A stretch of DNA of 64,000 nt from assembly GCA_944390885.1 (NCBI GenBank), contig CALXRP010000002.1:44936-108935 (forward strand), given 5' to 3'. Every line of letters begins with the position of its first letter. Within the stretch, counting starts at the first letter, position 1. Both the position numbers and the translations under genes were made by a program. This DNA comes from an uncultured Alphaproteobacteria bacterium. Its GTDB lineage: Bacteria; Pseudomonadota; Alphaproteobacteria; RF32; CAG-239. The notes under the pieces are model-generated. The model ran no database searches. It was not told where the DNA came from and saw nothing but the letters and a program-made list of their open reading frames with translations. Below, piece after piece: positions 30,251 to 38,753 of the stretch.

Positions 30251-30821
30251 TGTTTTTTTATTGTCATCCCCGGGCTTCGACCCGGGGATCCACCCTTCAA
30301 AGCACAATCTCGACCATAAAAAACAACGGAGCAACGCGGCCTCTGTGGTACAATGTTGTCAACCTGCCACGCGCCTGCCGTGCAGGTCATCCCCGGGCAC
30401 TTTATTTTTTTATCGTCATCCCCGGGCACTTTATTTTTTTATCGTCATCCCCGGGCTATGTTTTTTTATTGTCATCCCCGGGCTTCGACCCGGGGATCCA
30501 CCCTTCAAAGCACAATCTTGACCATGGAAAACAATGGAGCAACGCGGCCTCTGTGGTACAATGTTGTCAACCTGCCGCGCGCCTGCCGTGCAGGTCATCC
30601 CCAGCGTCTTTTCTTTTTCTAGTCATCCCCGGGCTGCAACCCGGGGATCCACCCTTCAAAGCACAATCTTGACCATGGAAAACAATGGAGCAACGCGGCC
30701 TCTGTGGTACAATGTTGTCAACCTGCCGCGCGCCTGCCGTGCAGGTCATCCCCGGGCACTTTATTTTTTTATCGTCATCCCCGGGCTGCGACCCGGGGAT
30801 CCACATTTCAAAGCACAATCT
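30251..30821 (+). repeat. mosaic direct-repeat array of palindromic GTCATCCCCGGG elements
   Basis: GTCATCCCC starts at 30263, 30386, 30415, 30444, 30471, 30594, 30622, 30745 and 30774; three near-identical 123-bp units plus a partial fourth, separated by 27-29-bp units. Confidence 0.95.
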
Positions 30822-30895
30822 TTCATCCGGCACAACTAGGTGCCCTTTGCGAATGGCTTAGGTTTTGGAGCCAAACCCGAAATTGAAACACATAT

Positions 30896-30928
30896 TCCCC
30901 CCTCTTTGCTAAGAGGGGGCCGGGGGAG
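30896..30928. repeat. REP-like C-run/G-run palindromic element
   Basis: TCCCCCCTCTTTGCTAAGAGGGGGCCGGGGGAG. Confidence 0.5.
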
Positions 30929-31002
30929 TTAGAAACGCCCTTTAACGAGTACTTCTTAGTCTTTGTGAAAAAGAAGAAATTAAAAACACTATATGCCTTC
31001 TT

Positions 31003-31133
31003 GCCGTCTTAGCCTTGTGCTTAGACGGCCTGAACTTTTTCACGAAGACTTAGAAAACGAGTTCAGGGCTAGCTTTTTGCTTTTGTGGCTGCCGGCCTCC
31101 GGCCTTTTGTAGCATGACAAAAGTAGCGAAAAG
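31003..31133. other. three-hairpin noncoding element (ncRNA or MITE-like)
   Basis: Stems GCCGTCT/AGACGGC, CCTGAACT/AGTTCAGG and GCTTTTGT/ACAAAAGT. Confidence 0.4.
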
Positions 31134-31185
31134 AAATATTTCAGTAAAAAAAACAAGAAAATAGAAAAATCCCCCGGAGGATATG

Positions 31186-31212
31186 AAAAAGGGGGAACAA
31201 GTTCCCCCTTTA
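31186..31212 (-). terminator. intrinsic terminator
   Basis: AAAAAGGGGGAAC-AA-GTTCCCCCTTT immediately after the minus-strand stop at 31213. Confidence 0.75.
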
Positions 31213-32028
31213 TTATTTTCCAAAATTAAGATTAACTTTGTTCCAACCACTGGTCTTTTTATCTTCTTCCTGAGTTTTTCCTTCTTCCCAACCGCGGATT
31301 GGCTCTTTCCGTTTATTAACCAAAGCTTTTTGTTCTTCGTTTTGTATCACACCAACCGGCAAAAGTTGGCTCAACAGCGCCGGAGAAATAAACTCCTGAT
31401 GTTTTTTCAACATCGGATTAACAATACTGTCTACTTTATCGGCAGAAGGTTTCAGATTAAACGTTTTGATCACACCGCCATAAAAAACAGAAAAAGAATG
31501 ACATGGCGAAGACAAAAGCACATCGGTATTATCCACGCCGCGCACAAAACGCAGCATAATCTTCGGCTGAATAATACAATTTTCAGTCTTTGCAAACTCA
31601 ACGTTAGCCGGCGTCTTAAAAAAACTGTCAATAATATCTTTTTGTTGCTCTTTGCTCAAAATGCCGCAAAATCCTTTCAGCGCCATTCCATCCAGATTGT
31701 ACCCCGAATAAGTGCTGCTTCGGGTTGCCACTTCATAACAAAAAACCTGCTCGGCATCAATGATATTCGTCAAAGCCGGCTGGCTGATTCCTTCCACGAT
31801 CTGCGGCAAAACCTCACCTTGTACCGTATTTTGCAAAACGGCCGGTTCGGCACTATTTTTTTCGCCGTCCCGACGCCAGGCGTCTTTATCTCCCTGAAAA
31901 GATTGCACACCTTCAGGTTCCAGCCCGGACAGCTCATCCGCTAACCCGCCGGAAAAAGCATCGGCAGCCTGCGCCTGTTGAACAAAACACAACATACCGG
32001 CAATCATCAGCACAAACAATCTGCTCAT
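31213..32028 (-). CDS. secreted/periplasmic hypothetical protein
   Basis: Start trimmed to MSRLFVLMIAG...AQA signal peptide after GGAGGGG. Confidence 0.7.
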   Translation of the reverse strand: MSRLFVLMIAGMLCFVQQAQAADAFSGGLADELSGLEPEGVQSFQGDKDAWRRDGEKNSAEPAVLQNTVQGEVLPQIVEGISQPALTNIIDAEQVFCYEVATRSSTYSGYNLDGMALKGFCGILSKEQQKDIIDSFFKTPANVEFAKTENCIIQPKIMLRFVRGVDNTDVLLSSPCHSFSVFYGGVIKTFNLKPSADKVDSIVNPMLKKHQEFISPALLSQLLPVGVIQNEEQKALVNKRKEPIRGWEEGKTQEEDKKTSGWNKVNLNFGK

Positions 32029-32158
32029 CTTCAACCCCTCCAATGATTTCGCCTTATATAACTTAATCAGTATAAAACAAAATTCCATCCAAAATCTTAA
32101 CATACCTAAAAATACCCAAAAAAAAGCCTCTGCATTTCTGCAAAGGCCTTTTACCGCT

Positions 32159-35014
32159 TTAGAACGGATCATCATATTTCAGTGTCGGATCATTCAAGCG
32201 GTTAACATATCCGCTGTCTTTGCTGTCATACCCGACTCTGACTTTAGTCAACTGGTCATACCGGTCAACCAGATTATCATTAAGAAAGTCATTTTTTTCT
32301 TTCCGACGATTAAAATAACAATAAACGTTAGAAATTCCCACAATCTGCCTATTCCAAACTTCAAACAGATTCCAAATAACATCATCGTCTGACCAACTAG
32401 ACCCCAGACCGATTTCATTAGCATAGGTCTGATAATCTTTTGCCGGATACAAGAAGCCGATAGCAGCATTCCAACCATAAGAAGTTCCTCCGGTGTCCTT
32501 AACCGAAACAAAAGACGTATTCAGCCAGGTGCTCTTCTGGAAAGTCAAAGCCTTTTTATAGCCATCATAAGTATCCCATGCATCAGATTCCGGCCATAAC
32601 AACGAGTTCGGATCTCGGTTAATCTGCAATTCGATCTCATTGTGTGCCCCGCTGGTTTTCTCAACCGGGTGACCGGCCTGAGCCATAGACCAGCTGATCG
32701 GGCTCAGTGTTGCCACCTTCAAATATCCCGGCGGACAAGTCGGCGCCGGCACAAAGCCGAGCCAAGGGCTTGTTTCGCACTTAAATGTTGTCGACGGACA
32801 GCTTTTTACAAAGCTTTGTGTCGCAATCACGCCTGACCCGAAAAGTGACGAGGTATTTAACGGGAAAGAACCGCTGTTATCCGGTTTGCCGTCACCGTTC
32901 ATCAGCCAGTTCAACGATTCGCCGCCGGCAGTACAGTTTTTGGTCGCACAATATGTACCATCCAAAACATAAATTCCTTTATTAATAAAGTCCGGCAAAA
33001 TATCGCTCAGACGAGCACCACCACGCGTGATAAGCTTAATATCGTGCATAACGGACGTATACGCCGGGTTGACTTGATAAACATCATACAATTCTTTACC
33101 GGAACTTGTAATATAAGCCGCCTGATAAGCATTATCATCTACCTCAACATTACTAATCAGCCTGTCCACCTTAATATAACTGTTCGGATCAGAATGATCA
33201 GAACTTTCATCCGTATTGCGCCCGATTTCAATAACACCCTTACGCACATAAATACTGGCATCAGGTTTGGTTCCGTCGGTATAATTGGTATCTATGGCAA
33301 AGATATTGTCCCCGGCCGCCGAAGATGCAATAAAGTTGGCATCATTCATGACCTTGACTTCTTTGGCTTCGGGATCAACTTCAAAAATAGACGTATCCAA
33401 ATTGTCTTTCACGGTCAATAAACCATTATTAACCGTCATATCGGCATCATTCACTTCAACCGTCGGCGAAAGTCCGTCCAAACCGCTGTCCACAATCAAA
33501 GTGCCTGTCCCGTCACCAACGGCAAAATGCGTTGTGTCGGCATAAACCTCATCGGCTTTCATCTTGATCAACTCATCGGAAACATAAAAGCCACCCGTAT
33601 CGTCCGGTTTTCCGACCGTAAAGTTATTAACCAAAACACTTACTTCATCAGGATCAACCAAAAGGTTATAATCACCGACACAGTTTCCCTGTGCATCTCT
33701 CTGCTGGCAGCCCACCCGCAGCTGGTTCTTAACATCAAGGTCTTCCATATCAACCGGCTCGTCAAAACGAACTTCATCCCGAAACCGCGCCGGACCGTTC
33801 ACATCCAATTTATAATACGGATCATAATCAGCCGGCATCGGCCCAACGACCAATTGCTTCAAATTAGACGTTCCCTCAACCGTCAAATTTGCATTAATCG
33901 TCGTATTTCCGGTATCATCAACTTTAAAATTCCCGCCGCCGGCAGTCAGACTTCCTTTAATTTCTGCACTTCCCGCTGTCAACAAATTGGTTATTGTTGC
34001 CGTCAGCGCTTCCAAATGCCCTTCGATTTTTGCATCTCCGGCAACATTCAAATTACCGCCCACATTAGTATCGCCAGTAATATCGGCAGTCCCTCCGACA
34101 TCAAGATTTCCACCGATATTGGCATTACCGCCGTTTCCTGCCCCATCAGTTTCAATTGTCAGACCACTGCCATCCTTCAGCAAAATGGCCTGATCTTTGT
34201 CATCCAGCCTTTTACCGGTCACAATCATCTGTTTCACGTTTTCAATATTGTGATGAAAAAGGTCGTCACCCATATAAAGCGTTGTTTCCATGGTATTCAG
34301 CCACGGTTCTTCTTCCATTCTTACACGGTGCAAAACGTTCTCACCGCTGTTATTACCGTTTGTAATCGCCCGGATGGACGTTGCCACAATGGTATTATCT
34401 TTCAGCTGCGAAGCATTCAGACCAAAATCGCTTGGCTTATCAATATCCCATACACCCTGAACACCTTGGATTTTTTTATCTTTAACAAAACCGGCGTTTG
34501 TACCGATCATAGAGGCAATACGCGATGCTCGTAAAATTGGCATAGTCTGACTTTCGGCCGGTGTCGTCACCAAAAGCCCTGTCAAGTCATGGCGCTCATC
34601 ATTATCAAAATCACGTTTTTTAATAACGACTTCAAGATTTTTAAAAGTTTTGGAGCTGGCATTAAAACCATAAGGCAGATATTCGCAAAAATGCTCAATC
34701 GGCACCACTTTATTGCCGTTTCCGTCAAAATTATACGTCACGCTGCTGGTTGAACCGGAACAATTGGATGTCACGGTTTTTGATTGATCCCCCAACCCGA
34801 TAATCGTATTATAGTTGTCAGACAAATAAGTATCTATGGCATCCATGGCAATCCGGATCTGCCCGGCAGCGTTAATATCCTGCAGCTCGGTTGTTCTTTC
34901 CGCCGCCTTTTTATAAAGCATCGGCGTAACCATGGCAATCAACCCTAACATGGCCATTGCCTCAATCAGCAAGCTTCCTGCCTGTGATTTTTTCTCGTCA
35001 AAAACCCGAACCAT
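32159..35014 (-). CDS. large type IV pilin-like adhesin (PilV-like)
   Basis: Prepilin cleavage-type motif KKSQAG/SLLIE plus hydrophobic helix; G-x-x-x-[IV]-x hexapeptide repeats; VPAPTCPPGY resembling the PilV C-terminal motif. Confidence 0.7.
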   Translation of the reverse strand: MVRVFDEKKSQAGSLLIEAMAMLGLIAMVTPMLYKKAAERTTELQDINAAGQIRIAMDAIDTYLSDNYNTIIGLGDQSKTVTSNCSGSTSSVTYNFDGNGNKVVPIEHFCEYLPYGFNASSKTFKNLEVVIKKRDFDNDERHDLTGLLVTTPAESQTMPILRASRIASMIGTNAGFVKDKKIQGVQGVWDIDKPSDFGLNASQLKDNTIVATSIRAITNGNNSGENVLHRVRMEEEPWLNTMETTLYMGDDLFHHNIENVKQMIVTGKRLDDKDQAILLKDGSGLTIETDGAGNGGNANIGGNLDVGGTADITGDTNVGGNLNVAGDAKIEGHLEALTATITNLLTAGSAEIKGSLTAGGGNFKVDDTGNTTINANLTVEGTSNLKQLVVGPMPADYDPYYKLDVNGPARFRDEVRFDEPVDMEDLDVKNQLRVGCQQRDAQGNCVGDYNLLVDPDEVSVLVNNFTVGKPDDTGGFYVSDELIKMKADEVYADTTHFAVGDGTGTLIVDSGLDGLSPTVEVNDADMTVNNGLLTVKDNLDTSIFEVDPEAKEVKVMNDANFIASSAAGDNIFAIDTNYTDGTKPDASIYVRKGVIEIGRNTDESSDHSDPNSYIKVDRLISNVEVDDNAYQAAYITSSGKELYDVYQVNPAYTSVMHDIKLITRGGARLSDILPDFINKGIYVLDGTYCATKNCTAGGESLNWLMNGDGKPDNSGSFPLNTSSLFGSGVIATQSFVKSCPSTTFKCETSPWLGFVPAPTCPPGYLKVATLSPISWSMAQAGHPVEKTSGAHNEIELQINRDPNSLLWPESDAWDTYDGYKKALTFQKSTWLNTSFVSVKDTGGTSYGWNAAIGFLYPAKDYQTYANEIGLGSSWSDDDVIWNLFEVWNRQIVGISNVYCYFNRRKEKNDFLNDNLVDRYDQLTKVRVGYDSKDSGYVNRLNDPTLKYDDPF

Positions 35015-35032
35015 TGCCTTTCTCCTCAACTT

Positions 35033-35698
35033 TTACTCAAACGGTGTCACATACACCAGGCAGCGCCGACAACCGGAACAAGCGCAATCTTCGCTAAAAC
35101 CGCCGTTATTAACCACATAATTGGGAATATAAACCATTGTATCCTCACGGCCTCTGACCGCCATCTGATAATTTTTATCTCCCGTATGTCCGCCGGAAGC
35201 CGGATCAGATGCGTCCAAATGAACGGCATACCCAAAGCTGGTATCTGTTCCCAAAACATTTTGCGCAGCTTTCAACAAATCGTTTGTCGGTGTATTGGAA
35301 CTCAGATTCAGCCATTTCTGAGGAATGTAGCCGTAAGTAATCAAATACTTCATGGCATCCGGCGATGAACAATCGCCAATCCCTTGGCTCCAGTCATTTT
35401 TATTCAGACAATAAACCTCGCTGGTAAACCCGGTATCGCAATTATACCCATAAGGCAAAAAACTACTCAGAGTCGTATCGCAATCCAGTTTTTCTTCCAA
35501 ATAAGATTCCCCGGTCATGTTTAACGGCGACGCCAACCAACGAATATAATCTCTGGCCGACCGGTGCTGAATAACCAGCTGGGAAATGACAATCTCGGCC
35601 TGCGGCTCAACCTTAATCTCCCGCATATCACCGCGGACAGCCAGGTTGAATGAATACAAGAGCACCATAAAGGTTGCCAAAATCATCCAGATGTACAT
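35033..35698 (-). CDS. N-terminally anchored hypothetical protein, possibly type IVb pilus PilM-like
   Basis: Immediate N-terminal hydrophobic helix; Cys-rich; co-oriented upstream of the pilin-like gene. Confidence 0.55.
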   Translation of the reverse strand: MYIWMILATFMVLLYSFNLAVRGDMREIKVEPQAEIVISQLVIQHRSARDYIRWLASPLNMTGESYLEEKLDCDTTLSSFLPYGYNCDTGFTSEVYCLNKNDWSQGIGDCSSPDAMKYLITYGYIPQKWLNLSSNTPTNDLLKAAQNVLGTDTSFGYAVHLDASDPASGGHTGDKNYQMAVRGREDTMVYIPNYVVNNGGFSEDCACSGCRRCLVYVTPFE

Positions 35699-35973
35699 CG
35701 CCCGAATTCCTCAATGACCAAAGCTTTTTATTATCTATAATAGCATTAAATGCCAAAAAATCATAACAAAAAACTCATTATGCCGACAACAATTCACAAA
35801 ACTGTAACAACAAATTACGGCAAAGCCTATCATAAAAAACATAATTAAACGTTAAAATCGCCGTTTTCCGCCGTTTTTTTTGAAGTTTAATTTGATAAGT
35901 ATGTTTTTTACATTTATTTCTGAAAAAAATAGTCTAGAATAGGTTAAACAAAAAAATAACGCGGAGCGGCAGA

Positions 35974-36495
35974 ATGGCAAATTTTAACGATTTTGATGAC
36001 GATATCAAAGACAATCCTTACGCCCGGAAAGACAACAAAAAAATCCTGCTCTTTCTGGTGCCGTCCTTAATTGTCATCGGCGTTATTGTCGGCCTGTATT
36101 TTTTATTCATCCCGCAATCCAGAAATGACGAAAATGCAGCCTACAGCATTGTTGAAAGTGAAGAAAACGATACAAAAAAAATAACTATCTTTTATGACCT
36201 CCCGGAAATCCCGGTGCAGCTCCAAAGTCCCGATTCGCAAAACGCCGTGGTAAAAATCAAAATTAATGTTGAACTTTCCAAAATGGAGGATATAAAAACT
36301 ATAGAAAGTCTTATGCCTCAAATTAACGATGCCGTTATTACACATATTTCAGAACTTTCTTTAGATGAAATAAACGGCGCGGAAGGTTTATATTGGCTCA
36401 AGGAAGAGCTGTTATACCGGTTGTCGCTGATTGCCGCCCCGGTAAAAATCTCGAATCTTAATTTCAAAAGATTCGAGATCCAAAAAACAAACTAA
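35974..36495 (+). CDS. fliL: flagellar basal-body protein FliL
   Basis: Single TM helix; FYDLPEI.V.L; MPQI.D; G.EGLYWLKEELLYR; precedes fliM. Confidence 0.88.
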   Translation: MANFNDFDDDIKDNPYARKDNKKILLFLVPSLIVIGVIVGLYFLFIPQSRNDENAAYSIVESEENDTKKITIFYDLPEIPVQLQSPDSQNAVVKIKINVELSKMEDIKTIESLMPQINDAVITHISELSLDEINGAEGLYWLKEELLYRLSLIAAPVKISNLNFKRFEIQKTN

Positions 36496-36513
36496 AAGCT
36501 AAGGGGAAAGCTT

Positions 36514-37599
36514 GTGGCAGAAGAACAGGAAAAAAAAGAAGAAGAAAAAAAGCCCGACAATAAAAATTGGGCCGATATGATCGAGATTAAAGATAATATC
36601 TCGGCAAATCCTGATGATGCCGAAAATGATGCCGATTCCCGTATTCTTAATCAGGAAGAAATTGACAGTTTGCTCGGTTATTCGGCGGAGGAAGATGATC
36701 CTAAACGCAACTATAAAACCGGGGTTCAGGCCATTTTAAACTCCTCTATGGTATCATACGAGCGGCTACCAATGCTCGAAATCGTCTTCGATCGGCTGAT
36801 TCGCCTTATGGCAACTTCCTTAAGAAACTTTACCCAAGACAACGTTGAAGTTTCTCTGGAAAGTATTGAGTCCATGCGCTTTGGTGAATATATCGATTCT
36901 TTAACCATTCCGACCCTGCTCGGCGTCTTTAAGGCCGAAGAATGGGACAATTATGCGCTGATCTCCCTGGACAGCGGCATTGTATATTCAATTGTCGATG
37001 TCTTGCTCGGCGGGCGCCGCGGCACTGCCGCCATGCGGATTGAAGGACGCCCCTACACGACCATTGAGCTGAACATTGTCAAAGACATGATCCAGCTGAT
37101 TCTTGCAGATTTATCAACAGCATTTGATCCGATAACCTCGGTTAATTTCACCTATGACAGGTTGGAAACCAACCCTCGTTTTGCCACCATTTCCAGATTG
37201 TCAAACGCTGTCATCGTTGCCCGTTTGCGGATTGATATGGAAGATCGCGGCGGCAAAGTAGATTTGATGATTCCTTACGCCACACTTGAGCCGGTTCGAG
37301 AACTGCTGCTGCAAATGTTTATGGGTGAACGATTCGGTCGGGATGCCATTTGGGAAAATCACTTAACGGAACAATTATGGGATACCGAAATCCAAATTGA
37401 CGCCGTATTAAAAGAATGCCAAATAAAATTGGGCGACATTGCCACTTGGGAAAAAGGCTCTTTTATTGATTTGGATATGCAGCCGACTGACAACATTACG
37501 CTTGTCTGCGGTGATGTGCCGCTCTTAACCGGATCGATGGGACGCAAAAACGAACATGTGGTCATCAAAGTAAACGGAAAGGCTGAAAAGAATGGATAA
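36514..37599 (+). CDS. fliM: flagellar motor switch protein FliM
   Basis: RILNQEEIDSLL CheY-binding motif, YERLPMLEIVFDRL.R, ETNPRFA, PYATLEP. Confidence 0.96.
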   Translation: MAEEQEKKEEEKKPDNKNWADMIEIKDNISANPDDAENDADSRILNQEEIDSLLGYSAEEDDPKRNYKTGVQAILNSSMVSYERLPMLEIVFDRLIRLMATSLRNFTQDNVEVSLESIESMRFGEYIDSLTIPTLLGVFKAEEWDNYALISLDSGIVYSIVDVLLGGRRGTAAMRIEGRPYTTIELNIVKDMIQLILADLSTAFDPITSVNFTYDRLETNPRFATISRLSNAVIVARLRIDMEDRGGKVDLMIPYATLEPVRELLLQMFMGERFGRDAIWENHLTEQLWDTEIQIDAVLKECQIKLGDIATWEKGSFIDLDMQPTDNITLVCGDVPLLTGSMGRKNEHVVIKVNGKAEKNG

Positions 37600-38083
37600 T
37601 TTTGAAATAATCATCAACGTCGCAATCATTGCCCTGCTGATCCCGACGATTATTTTTGCTTATCGGCTGAACCGCAATTTAACGGCGCTCAGAGAAAACC
37701 AAAATTCTCTGGCCAAACTCATCGGCGCCTTAAATGATGCTACCAACAAAGCAGAAAGCAGTATCCCAAAACTAAAATCAGCAACGGAACATTCTTCAGA
37801 AGGTCTGAAAGAAGTCGTTGACAGTGCCAAAACCCTGAAAGATGACTTATTATTCATCAACCAACGAGCCGATAGCTTGGCTGACAGATTGGAACAAGTG
37901 ATTCATGACGGGCGCAGCAATCTGAAAGACGAGAAAAAGAACAAAACCTCGGCTCAGATATTAGACATCAGCACCGGAACAGAAAACACAAATAAAAATA
38001 CCTCGGATAACAATTTTCAAATTGAAGATTCGCGTTCCGAGGCCGAATTGGAATTATTAAAAGCACTTAGAGCTATAAAATAA
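37592..38083 (+). CDS. DUF6468-type bitopic coiled-coil protein
   Basis: TM helix then RLNRNL..LR; L.F...RADSLADRLE; C-terminal SEAE.ELLKAL; follows fliM. Confidence 0.7.
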   Translation: MDNFEIIINVAIIALLIPTIIFAYRLNRNLTALRENQNSLAKLIGALNDATNKAESSIPKLKSATEHSSEGLKEVVDSAKTLKDDLLFINQRADSLADRLEQVIHDGRSNLKDEKKNKTSAQILDISTGTENTNKNTSDNNFQIEDSRSEAELELLKALRAIK

Positions 38084-38092
38084 GGTCAGACA

Positions 38093-38737
38093 ATGATAAA
38101 AAAAATAACCAGCCGCATCCGCATATTGCCGATTTTCATCTTTTTTGCCGTGTTAATGCTCTCCATTCGCGTTAATACGGTTTTTGACCTTTTAAAACAA
38201 AAAGAAACCAAAACCATCAGCATCTCCCAGCAGGTCGCCCAGGCACAGGAAGATATGAAAAAAGAAAACAACGACCTGAACAAAGTCTTAAACAGCAGCA
38301 CGTCGGCCGCCGGATCGGCCTCTGCGCCCAATAACAGTTTTTCACAATCAGAAATATTGATCTTGCAAGAACTCGCTGAACGACGGGAAGCTTTGGATAT
38401 GCGCAGCAAGGAAATCGACAAAAAAGCCATCCAGCTTAAAGTTGCCGAAGAAGAGATTGATAAAAAAATCGCCCAGTTGAAAGACTATGAAGCCAAGTTA
38501 CAAAAACTCGTCCGCGAATACAACGATAAAGAAAAAGAAAAGATATCTTCATTGGCGCGCTTATACTCAACAATGAAACCCAAAGATGCTGCCCGGATTT
38601 TTAACACATTGGAACTTCATATTCTCATTCCGTTGCTGAAGGAGATGAAACCTTCCGTTTCCTCTGCCATTATCTCGCAGATGGATGCCGGAAAAGCCAA
38701 AGCCGTCACCACGGAACTGATAGGAAACAACTTTTAA
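38093..38737 (+). CDS. MotE/FlbB-like flagellar protein (MgtE N-domain-like)
   Basis: RILP plus TM helix, coiled coil, LYSTMKPKDAARIF, MKP...SAIISQMD. Confidence 0.8.
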   Translation: MIKKITSRIRILPIFIFFAVLMLSIRVNTVFDLLKQKETKTISISQQVAQAQEDMKKENNDLNKVLNSSTSAAGSASAPNNSFSQSEILILQELAERREALDMRSKEIDKKAIQLKVAEEEIDKKIAQLKDYEAKLQKLVREYNDKEKEKISSLARLYSTMKPKDAARIFNTLELHILIPLLKEMKPSVSSAIISQMDAGKAKAVTTELIGNNF

Positions 38738-38753
38738 CCCGAAGGCTGATTAA

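Noticed and set aside
30251-30821. CRISPR array
   Set aside because: Sequences between the motifs are themselves repeated and fall into two length classes rather than being unique spacers; no cas genes in the window
30225-30830. T-box or attenuator for trpS
   Set aside because: Lies downstream of trpS and lacks the T-box consensus
30082-30886. Several overlapping ORFs across the repeat array
   Set aside because: Open frames on both strands arise from the repeats; no convincing RBS or protein features
31213-32760. Shufflon inversion system or DGR acting on the PilV-like C-terminus
   Set aside because: No repeated sfx-like sites, alternative C-terminal cassettes, recombinase, reverse transcriptase or template repeat seen
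35820-35960. CtrA box upstream of fliL
   Set aside because: Only half sites; no TTAA-N7-TTAA match
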